This document shows, one piece after another, positions 52,470 to 63,100 of a stretch of 64,000 nt of DNA. Every line of letters begins with the position of its first letter. Positions within the stretch are counted from its first letter, which is position 1. The DNA is from Spirochaetia bacterium (GTDB lineage: Bacteria; Spirochaetota; Spirochaetia; SZUA-6; Bin103). A program made the translations under genes and the position numbers. The notes under the pieces are model-generated. The model was not told the origin of the DNA, searched no databases, and was given only the letters and a program-made list of their open reading frames with translations. Location: assembly GCA_965208575.1 (NCBI GenBank), contig CBDBOV010000005.1:672001-736000 (forward strand), given 5' to 3'.

Positions 52470-53096
52470 ATGCAGGATTTTTTTCGAGTCATCAATATCG
52501 CGTTGCTCGCATACATGCTGGTTATCGTGTTGCGCATCATGTCGACCTGGGTGCGGGGACCCGCGGGCGAGGGCGCGTTCGGTACCATCAGCCACTATCT
52601 CCGGCAGCTCACCGACCCGTACCTGCAGATGTTCTCGCGCTTTACCTTTCTGCGCGCCGGCGGCATGGACTTCACGCCGCTTGCCGGCATATTCGTGCTG
52701 GTGGTGGCCTCCGAGATGACCCGCCAGCTGGCCAATCAGCAACAGGTCACCATCGGGTACTTTCTCGGCGTCTCGTTGTTCGCGGCCTGGCGCATGGCCT
52801 CGATCATCGTGCTGGTGTTCCTGGTGGCGTGCGTCGCCCGCTTCGTCACGCTGCGGTTCCTGGGGCGCACCGATACGCCGATCGCGCGCGCGGTGTATGC
52901 CCTGTCGCAAGCTCCGGTTCGTGCCGTGTCGCGCTACATCTCCATGCGCGACAGCGGCAGCGAGGCCAACTACCTGCTGGTTACCATCGTGATCCTGTTT
53001 GCGGTCTGGATCGGGGGCCGCGTGGCGACCGAGCTCCTGGTTCGCTATTTCTTTTCTCTCAATCAGGTTTTCGGCGGATTGCCGGTCCTCGGCTGA
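52470..53096 (+). CDS. YggT family membrane protein
   Basis: LRIMSTW...LTDPYL..F...DFTP pattern, with a second weaker repeat. Confidence 0.85.
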   Translation: MQDFFRVINIALLAYMLVIVLRIMSTWVRGPAGEGAFGTISHYLRQLTDPYLQMFSRFTFLRAGGMDFTPLAGIFVLVVASEMTRQLANQQQVTIGYFLGVSLFAAWRMASIIVLVFLVACVARFVTLRFLGRTDTPIARAVYALSQAPVRAVSRYISMRDSGSEANYLLVTIVILFAVWIGGRVATELLVRYFFSLNQVFGGLPVLG

Positions 53097-53133
53097 GTCT
53101 CCGCCGGCGCCGCCGCAGGCCGCGCGGCCGGCG

Positions 53134-55377
53134 ATGACGGCGGTGTTGCTGCAGCAGCTCGCGCAGCCGGTCACCAGTCTGCCCGGCGTGGGTCCGGCCG
53201 GGGGGCGCCGCCTCGCCGAGTTGGGAGCCGCGACCGTGGGTGAGTTGCTGGAGCACTTCCCGCGCGCCTGGGAGGACCGCCGCCGGATCGCACCGCTGCA
53301 GGCGCTCGCGGAAGGCCGCCCGGTGGTGGTGCGCGCCCGGGTCGCGGCGCATCGGCGATTCGGCCCGCGCGCCCGGCACCTGCGCATCGACCTCACCGAC
53401 CAGGCGCCGGCCGCCCGCGCCCCGGATGGCGCCGGGCAGCGGCGCGGGCGCGCCCCCGAACCGGGACCGCGCGCGGTGCCCGCAGCGGCGCTGCTCTGCT
53501 TCGGGCGCAACTACCTGGCACGTTCGCTGCCGGTCGGGGCGGCGGTGACCGTGGCCGCCACGTTTCATCGCCGCGGCGGGACATGGGAGGCCGGCAGCTT
53601 CGAGTTGCTGCGCGACGATGACACCGCGAATGCCGGGCGCATCGTCCCGATCTACCCGCTGAGCGAGGGAGTGCGCGCAGCCATGCTGCGCCGCGCCATG
53701 CTCGCCGCGTGCGCCCGCCTTGCCGGCATGGCCACGCCGTGGGACGGCTACTGCCGCCGCCGCGGATTGCCGCCGGTGGCCGCGGCGGTGCGCGCACTCC
53801 ACTTCCCGCAGCGCGCCGGCGACATCGAACCTGCCCGCACCGCCGTCGCATACGCGGAGCTGCTGCAACTGCAGCACGCGCTGCGGCGCCGCCGCGCGCC
53901 GCGGCGCGCGGCGCGGCGCGCGTGCGGTGCGCTGCCGGCGCGCATCGCCGGGCGGCTGCCGTTTGCGCTGACCGGCGACCAGGACGCGGCGCTGCACGCG
54001 ATCGGCGCCGGACTGCGCGGTGCGCTGCCGAGTGCCCGGCTGCTGCAGGGCGACGTGGGCTGCGGCAAGACGCTGGTCGCCCTGCTCGCCGCGGCCTGGG
54101 TGGTGGAAGCGGGCGAGCAGGTCGCGTTCGTGGTGCCCACCGAACTGCTGGCGCGTCAGCACCTGAACAGCGCGCGCCGTATTCTCGCACCGGCGGGGAT
54201 CACGGTGGCGCTGCTGACCGGCGCCGGTGCGGTACGCGGCGCGCAGGCGGTGCCGGGCGGCGTGCAGGCGGTGCCGGGCGGCGTGCAGGCGGTGCCGGGC
54301 GGCGTGCAGGCACTGCCGCGCGCGGCGCTGCTGGCCGACCTGCGCCGCGGCGCCATCGACGTGCTGTTCGGCACGCACGCGCTGCTGCAGGAAGGGGTGG
54401 CGTTCGCCGCCCTCGGCCTGGTGGTCATCGACGAGCAGCATCGCTTCGGGGTCTTGCAGCGGCGCCACCTGCTGCAACGCGCACCGCGCGCCGATCTGCT
54501 GCTGATGACCGCCACGCCGATTCCACGATCGCTCGCGATGACCGTGTATGGCGACCTTGAGCGCACGGTGATCCGCGCCCTGCCGCCGGGCCGGCTGCCG
54601 GTGCGCACCCACCTCGTGCGGCTGGCCAACATAGGCAAGGTGTACGACCGGGTGCGCGGCGAGCTCGCGACCGGAGGCCAGGTGTACGTGGTCGCGCCGC
54701 GCATCGGCGCTCCCGCGCCATCGGCACGGGACGCGCCGCCGGCACGGGACGCGCTGCCGGCACGGGACGCGCTGCCGGCACGGGACGCGCTGCCGGCCGC
54801 GCCGGCGGCCGGCGGCCGGTCCGCTCCGCTGCCCGATGTCGGCGCCGCCGAGTCCCTGTTCGCCGCGCTGCGGGACGAGGTGTTCCCGGAGTTCGCGTCC
54901 GGCCTGATCCACGGCGCCATGAACGAGCTCGACAAGCACGCGGTAATGGAGCAGTTCCGGCGTGGCGCGCTGTCGATCCTGGTGGCGACCACGGTAGTGG
55001 AGGTGGGGGTGGACGTGGAGGGTGCCACCGGCATCGTGGTGTTCGGCGCCGAGCGCTTCGGCCTCGCGACGCTGCACCAGCTTCGCGGCCGCGTCGGCCG
55101 TGGGCCGCGGCAGGGGTATGCCTACCTGGTGTACGGCGAACCGTTGAGCGACTCGGGCAGCGAACGCCTGCGGGCCATGCGGGAGAGCGGCGACGGATTC
55201 GCGATCGCCGAGCGCGACCTCGCCCTGCGCGGGCCGGGAACGCTTCTCGGGCTGCGCCAGGCGGGCCTGCCGGAGCTGCGGGTGGCCGAGCTGCCGCGCG
55301 ACCTGCAGCTCGCTTTGCAAGCAAGGGCTGACATAGGCCCGGTGGAACAGGCACAGGACTGTGCGCCATGTCCGTAA
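53134..55377 (+). CDS. recG: ATP-dependent DNA helicase RecG
   Basis: LPGVGP, LQGDVGCGKT, PTELLARQH, GTHAL, DEQHRFG, TATPIPR, LHQLRGRVGRG, DGF.IAE.DL.LRGPG. Confidence 0.95.
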   Translation: MTAVLLQQLAQPVTSLPGVGPAGGRRLAELGAATVGELLEHFPRAWEDRRRIAPLQALAEGRPVVVRARVAAHRRFGPRARHLRIDLTDQAPAARAPDGAGQRRGRAPEPGPRAVPAAALLCFGRNYLARSLPVGAAVTVAATFHRRGGTWEAGSFELLRDDDTANAGRIVPIYPLSEGVRAAMLRRAMLAACARLAGMATPWDGYCRRRGLPPVAAAVRALHFPQRAGDIEPARTAVAYAELLQLQHALRRRRAPRRAARRACGALPARIAGRLPFALTGDQDAALHAIGAGLRGALPSARLLQGDVGCGKTLVALLAAAWVVEAGEQVAFVVPTELLARQHLNSARRILAPAGITVALLTGAGAVRGAQAVPGGVQAVPGGVQAVPGGVQALPRAALLADLRRGAIDVLFGTHALLQEGVAFAALGLVVIDEQHRFGVLQRRHLLQRAPRADLLLMTATPIPRSLAMTVYGDLERTVIRALPPGRLPVRTHLVRLANIGKVYDRVRGELATGGQVYVVAPRIGAPAPSARDAPPARDALPARDALPARDALPAAPAAGGRSAPLPDVGAAESLFAALRDEVFPEFASGLIHGAMNELDKHAVMEQFRRGALSILVATTVVEVGVDVEGATGIVVFGAERFGLATLHQLRGRVGRGPRQGYAYLVYGEPLSDSGSERLRAMRESGDGFAIAERDLALRGPGTLLGLRQAGLPELRVAELPRDLQLALQARADIGPVEQAQDCAPCP
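54238..54321 (+). repeat. 4x 21-bp in-frame tandem repeat in recG (GVQAVPG)
   Basis: GGCGTGCAGGCGGTGCCGGGC units. Confidence 0.9.
54724..54795 (+). repeat. 4x 18-bp in-frame tandem repeat in recG (ARDALP)
   Basis: GCACGGGACGCGCTGCCG units. Confidence 0.9.
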
Positions 55378-55649
55378 CCGGTACCCACTACCGCGGCCAT
55401 CAAGCACGCGCCGACATTGGCCCGGCGGAACAGGCACACGACTCTGCTCCATGTCCGTAACCGGTACCCACTACCGCGGCCATCAAGCACGCGCCGACAT
55501 AGGCCCGGCGGAACAGGCACAGGACTGTGCTCCATGTCCATGACCGGCATCCAATACCGCGGCCATCACGCCCGCGCTGACATCGGCCGGGCGCAGCGCT
55601 CATCCGAGGTGGCGCCGTGCGCGTGACCGGCGGGCGCTACCGCGGCCGC
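55318..55649 (+). repeat. 4x 83-bp tandem repeat of the recG-end/rsmD-start junction
   Basis: Units start at 55318, 55401, 55484 and 55567. The first three are near-identical; the fourth is diverged and contains the rsmD start. Confidence 0.9.
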
Positions 55650-56192
55650 CGGCTGCAGGTGCCGCCCCGCGACATCCGTCCGGCGACCGACCGCATGCGC
55701 GAGGCGCTGTTCAACGTGCTCGCGGCGCGTGGCGTGGTGCTCGAAGGGTGCCGTTTCCTGGACCTGTTCAGCGGCACCGGGATCATGGCGGTGGAGGCTG
55801 CGTCGCGCGGCGCGGCGGTGGTCGACCTGGTGGAGCGCGATCCGCGCAAGCGCCCCTACCTGCAGCGCAACACCAGCTTCGTCGCCGCGCGCGTGGCCAT
55901 TCACGTGACGCCGTGCGAGCGGTATCTGGCGCGCGCCCGGCGCGACGCAGCCGCCGGCTGGGACCTGGTGTTTGCTGATCCGCCCTATGCCTACCGCCGG
56001 AAGGCGGACCTGCTGGCGTCCGTGGCCGCCTGCGCGGGCCTGCGCGCCGGTGCCCTGGTGGTCGTGCACACGCCGGCCGGCGAGGTGCTGCCGGTGCCGC
56101 CGCGGCTGGCCTGTGTCGACCGGCGCCGGTATGGCGGCGCCGCGCTGGCCTTGTTCTCGGTGGCGGATGAGGCGGAATGCGGCGGCCCCTGA
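55617..56192 (+). CDS. rsmD: 16S rRNA m2G966 methyltransferase
   Basis: MRVTGGRYRGRRL, RPATDRMREALFN, LDLFSGTG, FADPPY. Confidence 0.92.
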   Translation: MRVTGGRYRGRRLQVPPRDIRPATDRMREALFNVLAARGVVLEGCRFLDLFSGTGIMAVEAASRGAAVVDLVERDPRKRPYLQRNTSFVAARVAIHVTPCERYLARARRDAAAGWDLVFADPPYAYRRKADLLASVAACAGLRAGALVVVHTPAGEVLPVPPRLACVDRRRYGGAALALFSVADEAECGGP

Positions 56193-56318
56193 GCGGCGTC
56201 CGTGCCGCCGGTGGTGGAAATTTGCCCCCGCGGCGTTGACACGCGGCGGCGTGCATCGTTAGTTTGCCAGCCTTGACGGCCTCGCGCAGCGGCCCTTCCC
56301 GGCGGGAAGCCGTTGTTC

Positions 56319-56391
56319 GCCTCTGTAGCTCAGTTGGTAGAGCACCACCATGGTAAGGTGGGGGTCACCGGTTCAAGTCCGGTCGGGGGCT
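56319..56391 (+). tRNA. tRNA-Thr (GGT)
   Basis: Acceptor GCCTCTG/CGGGGGC, anticodon arm CCACC-ATGGTAA-GGTGG, GTTCAA T-loop. Confidence 0.95.
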
Positions 56392-56454
56392 TGTCACTTC
56401 CGTGTCGGGGGACTATATTTCCGGTCCGATACGAGGTGAAGAGATCTCCAAGAA

Positions 56455-56646
56455 ATGGCCAAGGCTAAGGTAGTCGAACTGGTGGCCCTGGAGTGCGTGG
56501 CGTGCTCTGAGGGGTCGAACGGCGTGCACCTGCGCAACTACACGACGACCAAGAATCGTCGTAACGTGCAGGGCAAGCTGGAGTTGAAGAAGTACTGTCC
56601 GCGGTGCCGGGTCCACACCCGGCACCGGGAGACCCGGGTAAAGTAG
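56455..56646 (+). CDS. rpmG: 50S ribosomal protein L33 (zinc-binding type)
   Basis: [30 protein letters not shown]. Confidence 0.95.
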   Translation: MAKAKVVELVALECVACSEGSNGVHLRNYTTTKNRRNVQGKLELKKYCPRCRVHTRHRETRVK

Positions 56647-56758
56647 GGGCGTTCCGGGTTCCGGATCCGGGCCGCCCGTATCATCGGCTGGAGTGGGGTC
56701 GCCGTCTGCGTTCAGTTCGCGGACGGTTGCCGGGCGGCGGAGATCGTTGCATCAGCGA

Positions 56759-56832
56759 AGGCCAGTAGCTCGAATTGGCAGAGCGCCGGTCTCCAAAACC
56801 GGATGTTGCAGGTTCGAATCCTGCCTGGCCTG
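56759..56832 (+). tRNA. tRNA-Trp (CCA)
   Basis: Acceptor AGGCCAG/CTGGCCT, anticodon loop CTCCAAA, GTTCGAATC. Confidence 0.96.
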
Positions 56833-56953
56833 GAGAGGAAGCCGTCCTGACGCGGCCGTCGAACCGGTAGGCGCGCGTAGGCCGCGGCGTGTGGGGGCCG
56901 CCGGGCCCTGCCGTTTGCATGCGGCGAGGGCTGCATCTGGCGAGTGAGGAGCT

Positions 56954-57133
56954 GTGAAGCGAATCGTTCAGTTTTTTCGCGAGAGTTACGCTGAGCTGCG
57001 CAAGGTGTCGTGGCCGAGCCGTGAGGAGGTTGGCAACTCAACCAGGATCGTTCTGATTTCGGTGGCGCTCATTGCCTTGGCGCTGGGATTGGTGGACTTC
57101 GTCTTCTTTCAGGCGATCGACCTGATCTTTTAG
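56954..57133 (+). CDS. secE: Preprotein translocase subunit SecE
   Basis: Manual translation MKRIVQFFRESYAELRKVSWPSREEV... plus a TM segment (59 aa, below the ORF-track cutoff). GAGGAG RBS. Confidence 0.95.
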   Translation: MKRIVQFFRESYAELRKVSWPSREEVGNSTRIVLISVALIALALGLVDFVFFQAIDLIF

Positions 57134-57203
57134 CGGCAGGCAGAAGCGGGATGGAGCGGCGCCGCCGCGCGCGGGTCGCGTCGGGCCGGTGCCACCGGTC
57201 CGG

Positions 57204-57269
57204 GCGGTGCTGGTCAGAGCAGTGCTGGTCCCGGCGGTGCCGGTCAGAGCAGTGCCGGTCAGTGCAGTG
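57204..57269 (+). repeat. ~4.5x 15-bp tandem repeat between secE and nusG
   Basis: GC(G/A)GTGC(T/C)GGTCAGA-like units. Confidence 0.8.
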
Positions 57270-57299
57270 GGTGGAGTGAGGAGCCGAACGAACGCGAAC

Positions 57300-57854
57300 A
57301 TGGCAAAAAGCTGGTACGTAGTGCATACCTATTCGGGTTATGAGAACAAGGTGCAGAAACACTTGACGCGGCTCATGGAGAGCCAGGAGTTCACCGATCA
57401 GCTCTTCGACGTCAAGGTGCCGCAGGAAGAGGTGGTCGAGGTCAAGGACGGCAAGAAGAGGGTGATCTCGAAGAAATTCCTGCCCGGTTACATTCTCCTG
57501 GAGATGGAACTCGGCGATGCGCGATGGAAGGAGCTGACCTCCGCCATCCGCCGCATCGACGGGGTGACCGGTTTCGTCGGCATGCAGACCGGACGCAGGC
57601 CGCAACCGATTTCGGGCGACGAAGTGCGTTCCATCCTGCAGAAGTCGGGCGCCATCAAGACCGACCGCATGATCCGCCCGATGCAGACCTTCTCCATCGG
57701 CGAGTCGGTGCGGATCGTGGATGGCCCGTTCGAGTCGTTCACCGGCACCGTCGAAGAGGTGAACCTGGAGAAGGCCAAGCTGCGTGTCTCGGTGGGTATT
57801 TTCGGTCGCTCGACGCCGGTGGAACTGGAATTCCTGCAGGTGGAGAAAGTCTGA
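57300..57854 (+). CDS. nusG: Transcription termination/antitermination factor NusG
   Basis: WYVVHTYSGYENKV, FLPGYIL, VTGFVG and KOW domain (DGPF..FTG, IFGRSTPVEL). Confidence 0.97.
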   Translation: MAKSWYVVHTYSGYENKVQKHLTRLMESQEFTDQLFDVKVPQEEVVEVKDGKKRVISKKFLPGYILLEMELGDARWKELTSAIRRIDGVTGFVGMQTGRRPQPISGDEVRSILQKSGAIKTDRMIRPMQTFSIGESVRIVDGPFESFTGTVEEVNLEKAKLRVSVGIFGRSTPVELEFLQVEKV

Positions 57855-57883
57855 CGGTGGCGACGGGATAACGGGGGCAACAG

Positions 57884-58315
57884 GTGGCGAAGAAACGAGT
57901 CAACGCGGTCATAAAGCTGCAGGTTCCGGCCGGGCAGGCGACGCCCGCGCCGCCGGTGGGGCCGGCACTCGGCCCGCACGGCGTGAGCGCGCCGCAGTTC
58001 GTTCAGCAGTTCAACGACCGCACCAGGAACGAAGAGCAGGGCCTTACCATTCCGGTGGTAATCACGGTGTACGCCGACCGCACCTTCAGCTTCGAGACCA
58101 AGACGCCGCCGGCGGCGGTGCTGATCAAGAAGGCGATCGGCCTGGACAAGGGGTCGCCGGAATCGAACCGCGAGAAGGTCGGTTCCATCAGTCGCGCCGC
58201 CCTGGAGGAGATCGCGGCGCGCAAGATGCAGGACCTGAACGCCAACGACCTGCAGGCCGCGGCCAAGGTCATTGCCGGAACCGCCCGCAGCATGGGCGTG
58301 ACAGTGGAGGGCTGA
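57884..58315 (+). CDS. rplK: 50S ribosomal protein L11
   Basis: [27 protein letters not shown]. Confidence 0.98.
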   Translation: MAKKRVNAVIKLQVPAGQATPAPPVGPALGPHGVSAPQFVQQFNDRTRNEEQGLTIPVVITVYADRTFSFETKTPPAAVLIKKAIGLDKGSPESNREKVGSISRAALEEIAARKMQDLNANDLQAAAKVIAGTARSMGVTVEG

Positions 58316-58323
58316 ATCAGACG

Positions 58324-59019
58324 ATGGCACGCAGCAAACGATACCGGGCAGCCGAGCAGCGCCGCGACGGCGCACGCAGCTACGCGCTGGCCGAGGCGGT
58401 CGAGCTGGTGAAGAGCAGCGCGTCGGCCAGGTTCGACGAGACCGTGGAGTGTCACATCAAGCTGAACATTCGCGGCAACCAGACCGTACGCGATACCACG
58501 GTACTGCCGCACGGCTTTCAGGCCGAGAAGCGGATCCTGGTGTTCGCGCGCGGCGAGAAGGCGGACGAAGCACGGGCGGCCGGGGCCGCCCATGTCGGCG
58601 CCGAGGAACTGGTCGAGAAGATTCGCGGCGGCTGGCTGGACTTCGACGTGGCGGTCGCGACCCCGGACATGATGCGCGAGGTGGGCAAGCTTGGACCGGT
58701 GCTCGGGCGCCGCGGCCTGATGCCCAATCCGAAGACGCGCACCGTGACCAACGACCTTACCGCCGCCATTGCCGAGTTGCAGCGCGGCAGGGTAGAGTTC
58801 CGCGCCGACCGCACCGGAGTGGTTCACATGGCGGTCGGCAAGGTGTCGATGGACGCCGGCCCGGTGAGCGAGAATGTCAGCGCGCTGCTCGACGAGGTCG
58901 GCAAACGGCGTCCGGCGGATCTGAAGGGCGTTTTCATCAGTTCGGTGGCGGTGAGTTCCACCATGGGGCCGGGAGTGAAGGTGACTCCGGCCGACGCCGC
59001 GGGCGCGGCAGCCGGGTAG
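58324..59019 (+). CDS. rplA: 50S ribosomal protein L1
   Basis: [33 protein letters not shown]. Confidence 0.98.
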   Translation: MARSKRYRAAEQRRDGARSYALAEAVELVKSSASARFDETVECHIKLNIRGNQTVRDTTVLPHGFQAEKRILVFARGEKADEARAAGAAHVGAEELVEKIRGGWLDFDVAVATPDMMREVGKLGPVLGRRGLMPNPKTRTVTNDLTAAIAELQRGRVEFRADRTGVVHMAVGKVSMDAGPVSENVSALLDEVGKRRPADLKGVFISSVAVSSTMGPGVKVTPADAAGAAAG

Positions 59020-59025
59020 GGGACG

Positions 59026-59568
59026 ATGGCCAAGGGTGTGCAGCAATACAAGATCGACCGGGTAGCGGCTCTCAAGGAAGCGTTCGAAGAGGCGCCGTCC
59101 CTGTTCTTCTCCGATTACCGCGGCCTGACCGTGAACCAGATCACCGAGTTGCGCGGTCAGCTTCGCCAGAACGACACCCGCTACGCGGTGGTCAAGAACC
59201 GCTACACCAAGATCGCCCTGCGCGAGCTCGGCCGCGACGGCGCCGACGAGTTTCTGGTCGGGCCGACGGCGGTGGCGCTGGTGCGCGGCGACGCCGTTGC
59301 GGTGTCGAAGGCGCTGCTCGACTTCGGGCGCGGCGCCCCGGTACAGGTGAAGGGCGGTTACGTCGAGGGCAGGATGATCGGCCTGCAGGAGGTGGTCGCA
59401 CTGTCGCGGCTGCCGGGCCGCGAGCAACTGCTCGCCATGCTGCTGTCGGCAATGAACGGTCCGGTACGCGGTCTGGCTATCGTGCTGCGCGCTTCGGTGG
59501 AGCGCGTCGCACGGGTGCTGCAGGCGGTGGCGGACCAGAAGGCTCAAGGAACGACCACCGAATCGTGA
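59026..59568 (+). CDS. rplJ: 50S ribosomal protein L10
   Basis: DYRGLTV.QITELR, VVKN, LVGPTA, LPGREQL. Confidence 0.97.
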   Translation: MAKGVQQYKIDRVAALKEAFEEAPSLFFSDYRGLTVNQITELRGQLRQNDTRYAVVKNRYTKIALRELGRDGADEFLVGPTAVALVRGDAVAVSKALLDFGRGAPVQVKGGYVEGRMIGLQEVVALSRLPGREQLLAMLLSAMNGPVRGLAIVLRASVERVARVLQAVADQKAQGTTTES

Positions 59569-59619
59569 AGATACGGGACAATCACGGATCAAATCACTTA
59601 GCAAAGGGAGAGTGAACAG

Positions 59620-60009
59620 ATGGCTGTACTTTCAACCGAGCAGATCATAGATGCGGTCTCGAGCATGAGCGTGCTCGAGGTGTCGGAACTGGTAAAGGCG
59701 TTCGAGGACAAGTTCGGCGTCAGCGCGGCGGCCCCGGTAGCGGTAGCCGCGGCCCCGGCCGGCGGCGCCGAGGCGGCCGAGGAAGAGGAGGAGCAGGTCG
59801 AATTCACCGTGCTGCTCAAGGGCTTCGACGCCGGCAAGAAGATTCCGATCATCAAGGAGGTGCGCGCCATCACCGGGCTCGGCCTCAAGGAGGCGAAGCA
59901 GCTCGTGGAAGAGCAGGATCGCCCGATCAAGGAAGCGGTGTCCAAGGAGGAGGCGCAGAAGCTGAAAGAGCAGTTGGAGACTGCCGGCGGAACCGTGGAG
60001 GTGCAGTAA
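59620..60009 (+). CDS. rplL: 50S ribosomal protein L7/L12
   Basis: [29 protein letters not shown]. Confidence 0.98.
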   Translation: MAVLSTEQIIDAVSSMSVLEVSELVKAFEDKFGVSAAAPVAVAAAPAGGAEAAEEEEEQVEFTVLLKGFDAGKKIPIIKEVRAITGLGLKEAKQLVEEQDRPIKEAVSKEEAQKLKEQLETAGGTVEVQ

Positions 60010-60155
60010 ACGCCTCCGCTCCGCACCAGTTGCCTGTACCGGCGGCGATGCGCCGCCGGATCCGCGTCCCTGCCGCGTGCGCACCGCGTGCGCGGCTTGT
60101 TGCGGTATCGGTGCGTCCGGCGGGGCGTCACCGGTCACCGGTCTCCAGGAGTCAT

Positions 60156-63100
60156 ATGAGCACCACGATTGCTCCCCGAGCGTCCGATGCGCTGCACCTC
60201 GCGCGTACTTTTCTTGGTCGAGGGCGGGACGATGTCATTGCCATGCCCAACCTGGTCGACATCCAGTTGTCTTCCTATGAGCGTTTTCTCCAGCGTGAAA
60301 CGCTCGCCGCCGGCAACGCGCCGGACCGGCAGGGACTGGAGGAGGTGTTCCAGGAGATCTTCCCCATAGAGAGCCCCAATGGGGACATGGTGCTGGAATA
60401 CGTCGGCTACTCGCTCGACGAGTCCGGCATCAAGCTCACCGAGCAGGAGTGCAAGCACAAGGGGCTGTCGTTCGTCATCCCGATCAAGGCGAAGATCAAC
60501 CTGGTGTTCTGGGGCACCGGCGAGATCCGCCAGAAAGAGATCTACATGGGCGACATCCCGCTCATGACCGGGCGCGGCACGTTCATCATCAACGGCGCCG
60601 AGCGGGTGGTGGTCAGCCAGATCCACCGCTCGCCGGGCGTGATCTTCTCGCACGAGAAGGGGGCGTATACGTCCCGCATCATTCCCTACCGCGGCTCCTG
60701 GCTGGAATTCGAGATCGATCAGAAGAAGGAACTGATCTACGCCAAGATCGACCGCAAGAAGCGCCTCCTGGCGACCGTTTTCCTGCGCGCGCTCGGCTTC
60801 GACACGCGCGAGAAGATCATCGAGCTGTTCTACCGCACCAAGGGCATCGAGATCGACGACAGCACGGCCACCAAGGACGCCCTCATCGGTACGGTGTTCG
60901 CCAAGGCGGTGTACCGCGGCAAGGGGGAGACGCGCAAGAAGCTGTACGGCGCCGGCGAGAAGATCCACCCGCACGACGTGGAGGAGCTGCTGCACTCCGG
61001 CATCGAGACGGTGCAGATCATCGACCTCGATCATCCCGAGTCCCTGCACAGCCAGATCATCCTCAACTGCTTCGAGCGCGAGGAAGTGCAGACCACCAGG
61101 GATGACGGCGACAGCGACGAGCCGTCCAAGGAAGAAGCGATCGGACGGGTGTACGCGGTCATCAAGCCGGGCGAACCGATCACCGTCGACAGCGCCGAGA
61201 AGGATCTGCACAGCATGTTCTTCTCGCCGCGCCGCTACGACCTCGGCCGCGTGGGTCGCTACAAGCTGAACAAGAAGTTCGATTACGCCGCACCCAAGGA
61301 GAGCCACACGCTGACCCCGGACGACGTGATCGCCACCATGACCTTTCTGGTGAAGGTGTATATCGGCGAGGGCAACATCGACGACATCGACCACCTCGGC
61401 AACCGCCGCGTGCGCTCGGTCGGCGAGCTGCTCACCAACCACCTGAAGGTGGCGTTCACGCGCATGGAGCGGATCGCCAAGGAGCGCATGTCGCTGAAGG
61501 AGGCGGACACCATCCGCCCGCAGGACCTGATCTCCATCAAGCCGGTGGTGGCCACGATCAAGGAGTTCTTCGGCTCCAGCCAGCTCTCGCAGTTCATGGA
61601 CCAGGTCAACCCGCTCGCCGAGCTCACCCACAAGCGGCGCCTCAACGCGCTCGGTCCCGGCGGACTGTCGCGCGACCGCGCCGGTTTCGAGGTGCGCGAC
61701 GTGCATTACACCCACTACGGGAGAATGTGCCCGATCGAGACCCCCGAGGGTCCCAACATCGGGCTCATCGTGTCGCTCGCCAACTACACTACCGTCAACG
61801 AGTACGGCTTTCTGGAGACGCCCTACCGGAAGGTCGAGAACGGCAAGGTCACGCGCAATATCGAATACCTGTCGGCGATCGAGGAGGAGAAGTTCTTCAT
61901 CGCGCAGTCCGGGGCGGCGGTGGATGCCGGCGGCAAGCTGCCCGACCGCCTGATGGCGGTGCGCAAGGGCGGCGACTACATCTCCGCCGGACCCGATTCC
62001 ATCCAGTACATGGACGTGTCCCCGAAGCAGATCATCTCGGTGTCGGCGTCGCTGATTCCGTTTCTGGAGCACGACGACGCCAACCGCGCCCTGATGGGAT
62101 CCAACATGCAGCGCCAGGCGGTGCCGCTGGTGCAGCCGGAACCGCCGCGCGTGGGCACCGGCATGGAGGGCAAGACCGCGTACGACTCCGGCGTGCTGGT
62201 GCTGGCCGAGCGCGCCGGCACCGTGGTGTACGTGAGCAGCGAGGCGGTCCACGTGAAGCCCTCCCGCGGCGGCGCCAACGGCGCCGCCGGATCCACCGGC
62301 ACCTCCCGCTACGAGTCGGGCGTGGACATCTACGACCTGATCAAGTATCAGCGCACCAATCAGGACACCTGCTTTTCGCAGAAGCCGATCGTCCGCATTG
62401 GGCAGAAGGTCGCGGGCGGCGATGTTCTGGCCGACGGTCCGGCCACCTACCAGGGTGAGTTGGCGCTCGGCCGCAACGTGCTGGTCGCGTTCATGCCCTG
62501 GAACGGCTACAACTACGAGGACGCCATCCTGATTTCGTCGAAGGTGATCAAGGAGGACATCTTCACCTCGATCCACATCAAGGAGTTCTCCATCGACGTA
62601 CGGGAAACCAAGCTGGGCCCGGAGAAGATCACCCGCGACATCCCCAATACCTCGGAGCATGCGTTCGATCAGCTCGACGAGGAAGGAATCGTGCACATCG
62701 GCGCGTTCGTGCCGGAGTCCTCGATCCTGGTCGGCAAGGTGACGCCCAAGAGCGAGACCGACTCGACCCCGGAGTTCAAGTTGCTGAACTCCATTTTCGG
62801 TGAAAAGGCGAAGGAGGTGCGCGATACCTCCCTGCGCGTGCCGCACGGCGTGGAAGGCACGGTCATCGACGTGCAGCGTCTGCGCCGCGCCGACGGCGAC
62901 GAGCTGAACCCCGGCGTGGAAGAGGTGGTGAAGGTGCTCGTCGCCACCAAGCGCAAGCTGCAGGAGGGCGACAAGATGGCCGGGCGGCACGGCAACAAGG
63001 GGGTGATCGCCCGCATCCTGCCGGAAGAGGACATGCCGTTCATGGCCGACGGGACGCCGATCGATATCGTGCTGAATCCGCTCGGCGTGCCGTCGCGCAT

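Noticed and set aside
55318-55649. CRISPR array or MITE
   Set aside because: Whole units repeat with no unique spacers, no cas genes, and no terminal inverted repeats. The unit derives from the flanking genes.
57189-57299. N-terminal extension of NusG (PVRAV repeats)
   Set aside because: It arises from the 15-bp intergenic repeat. The ATG at 57300 gives the canonical NusG start.
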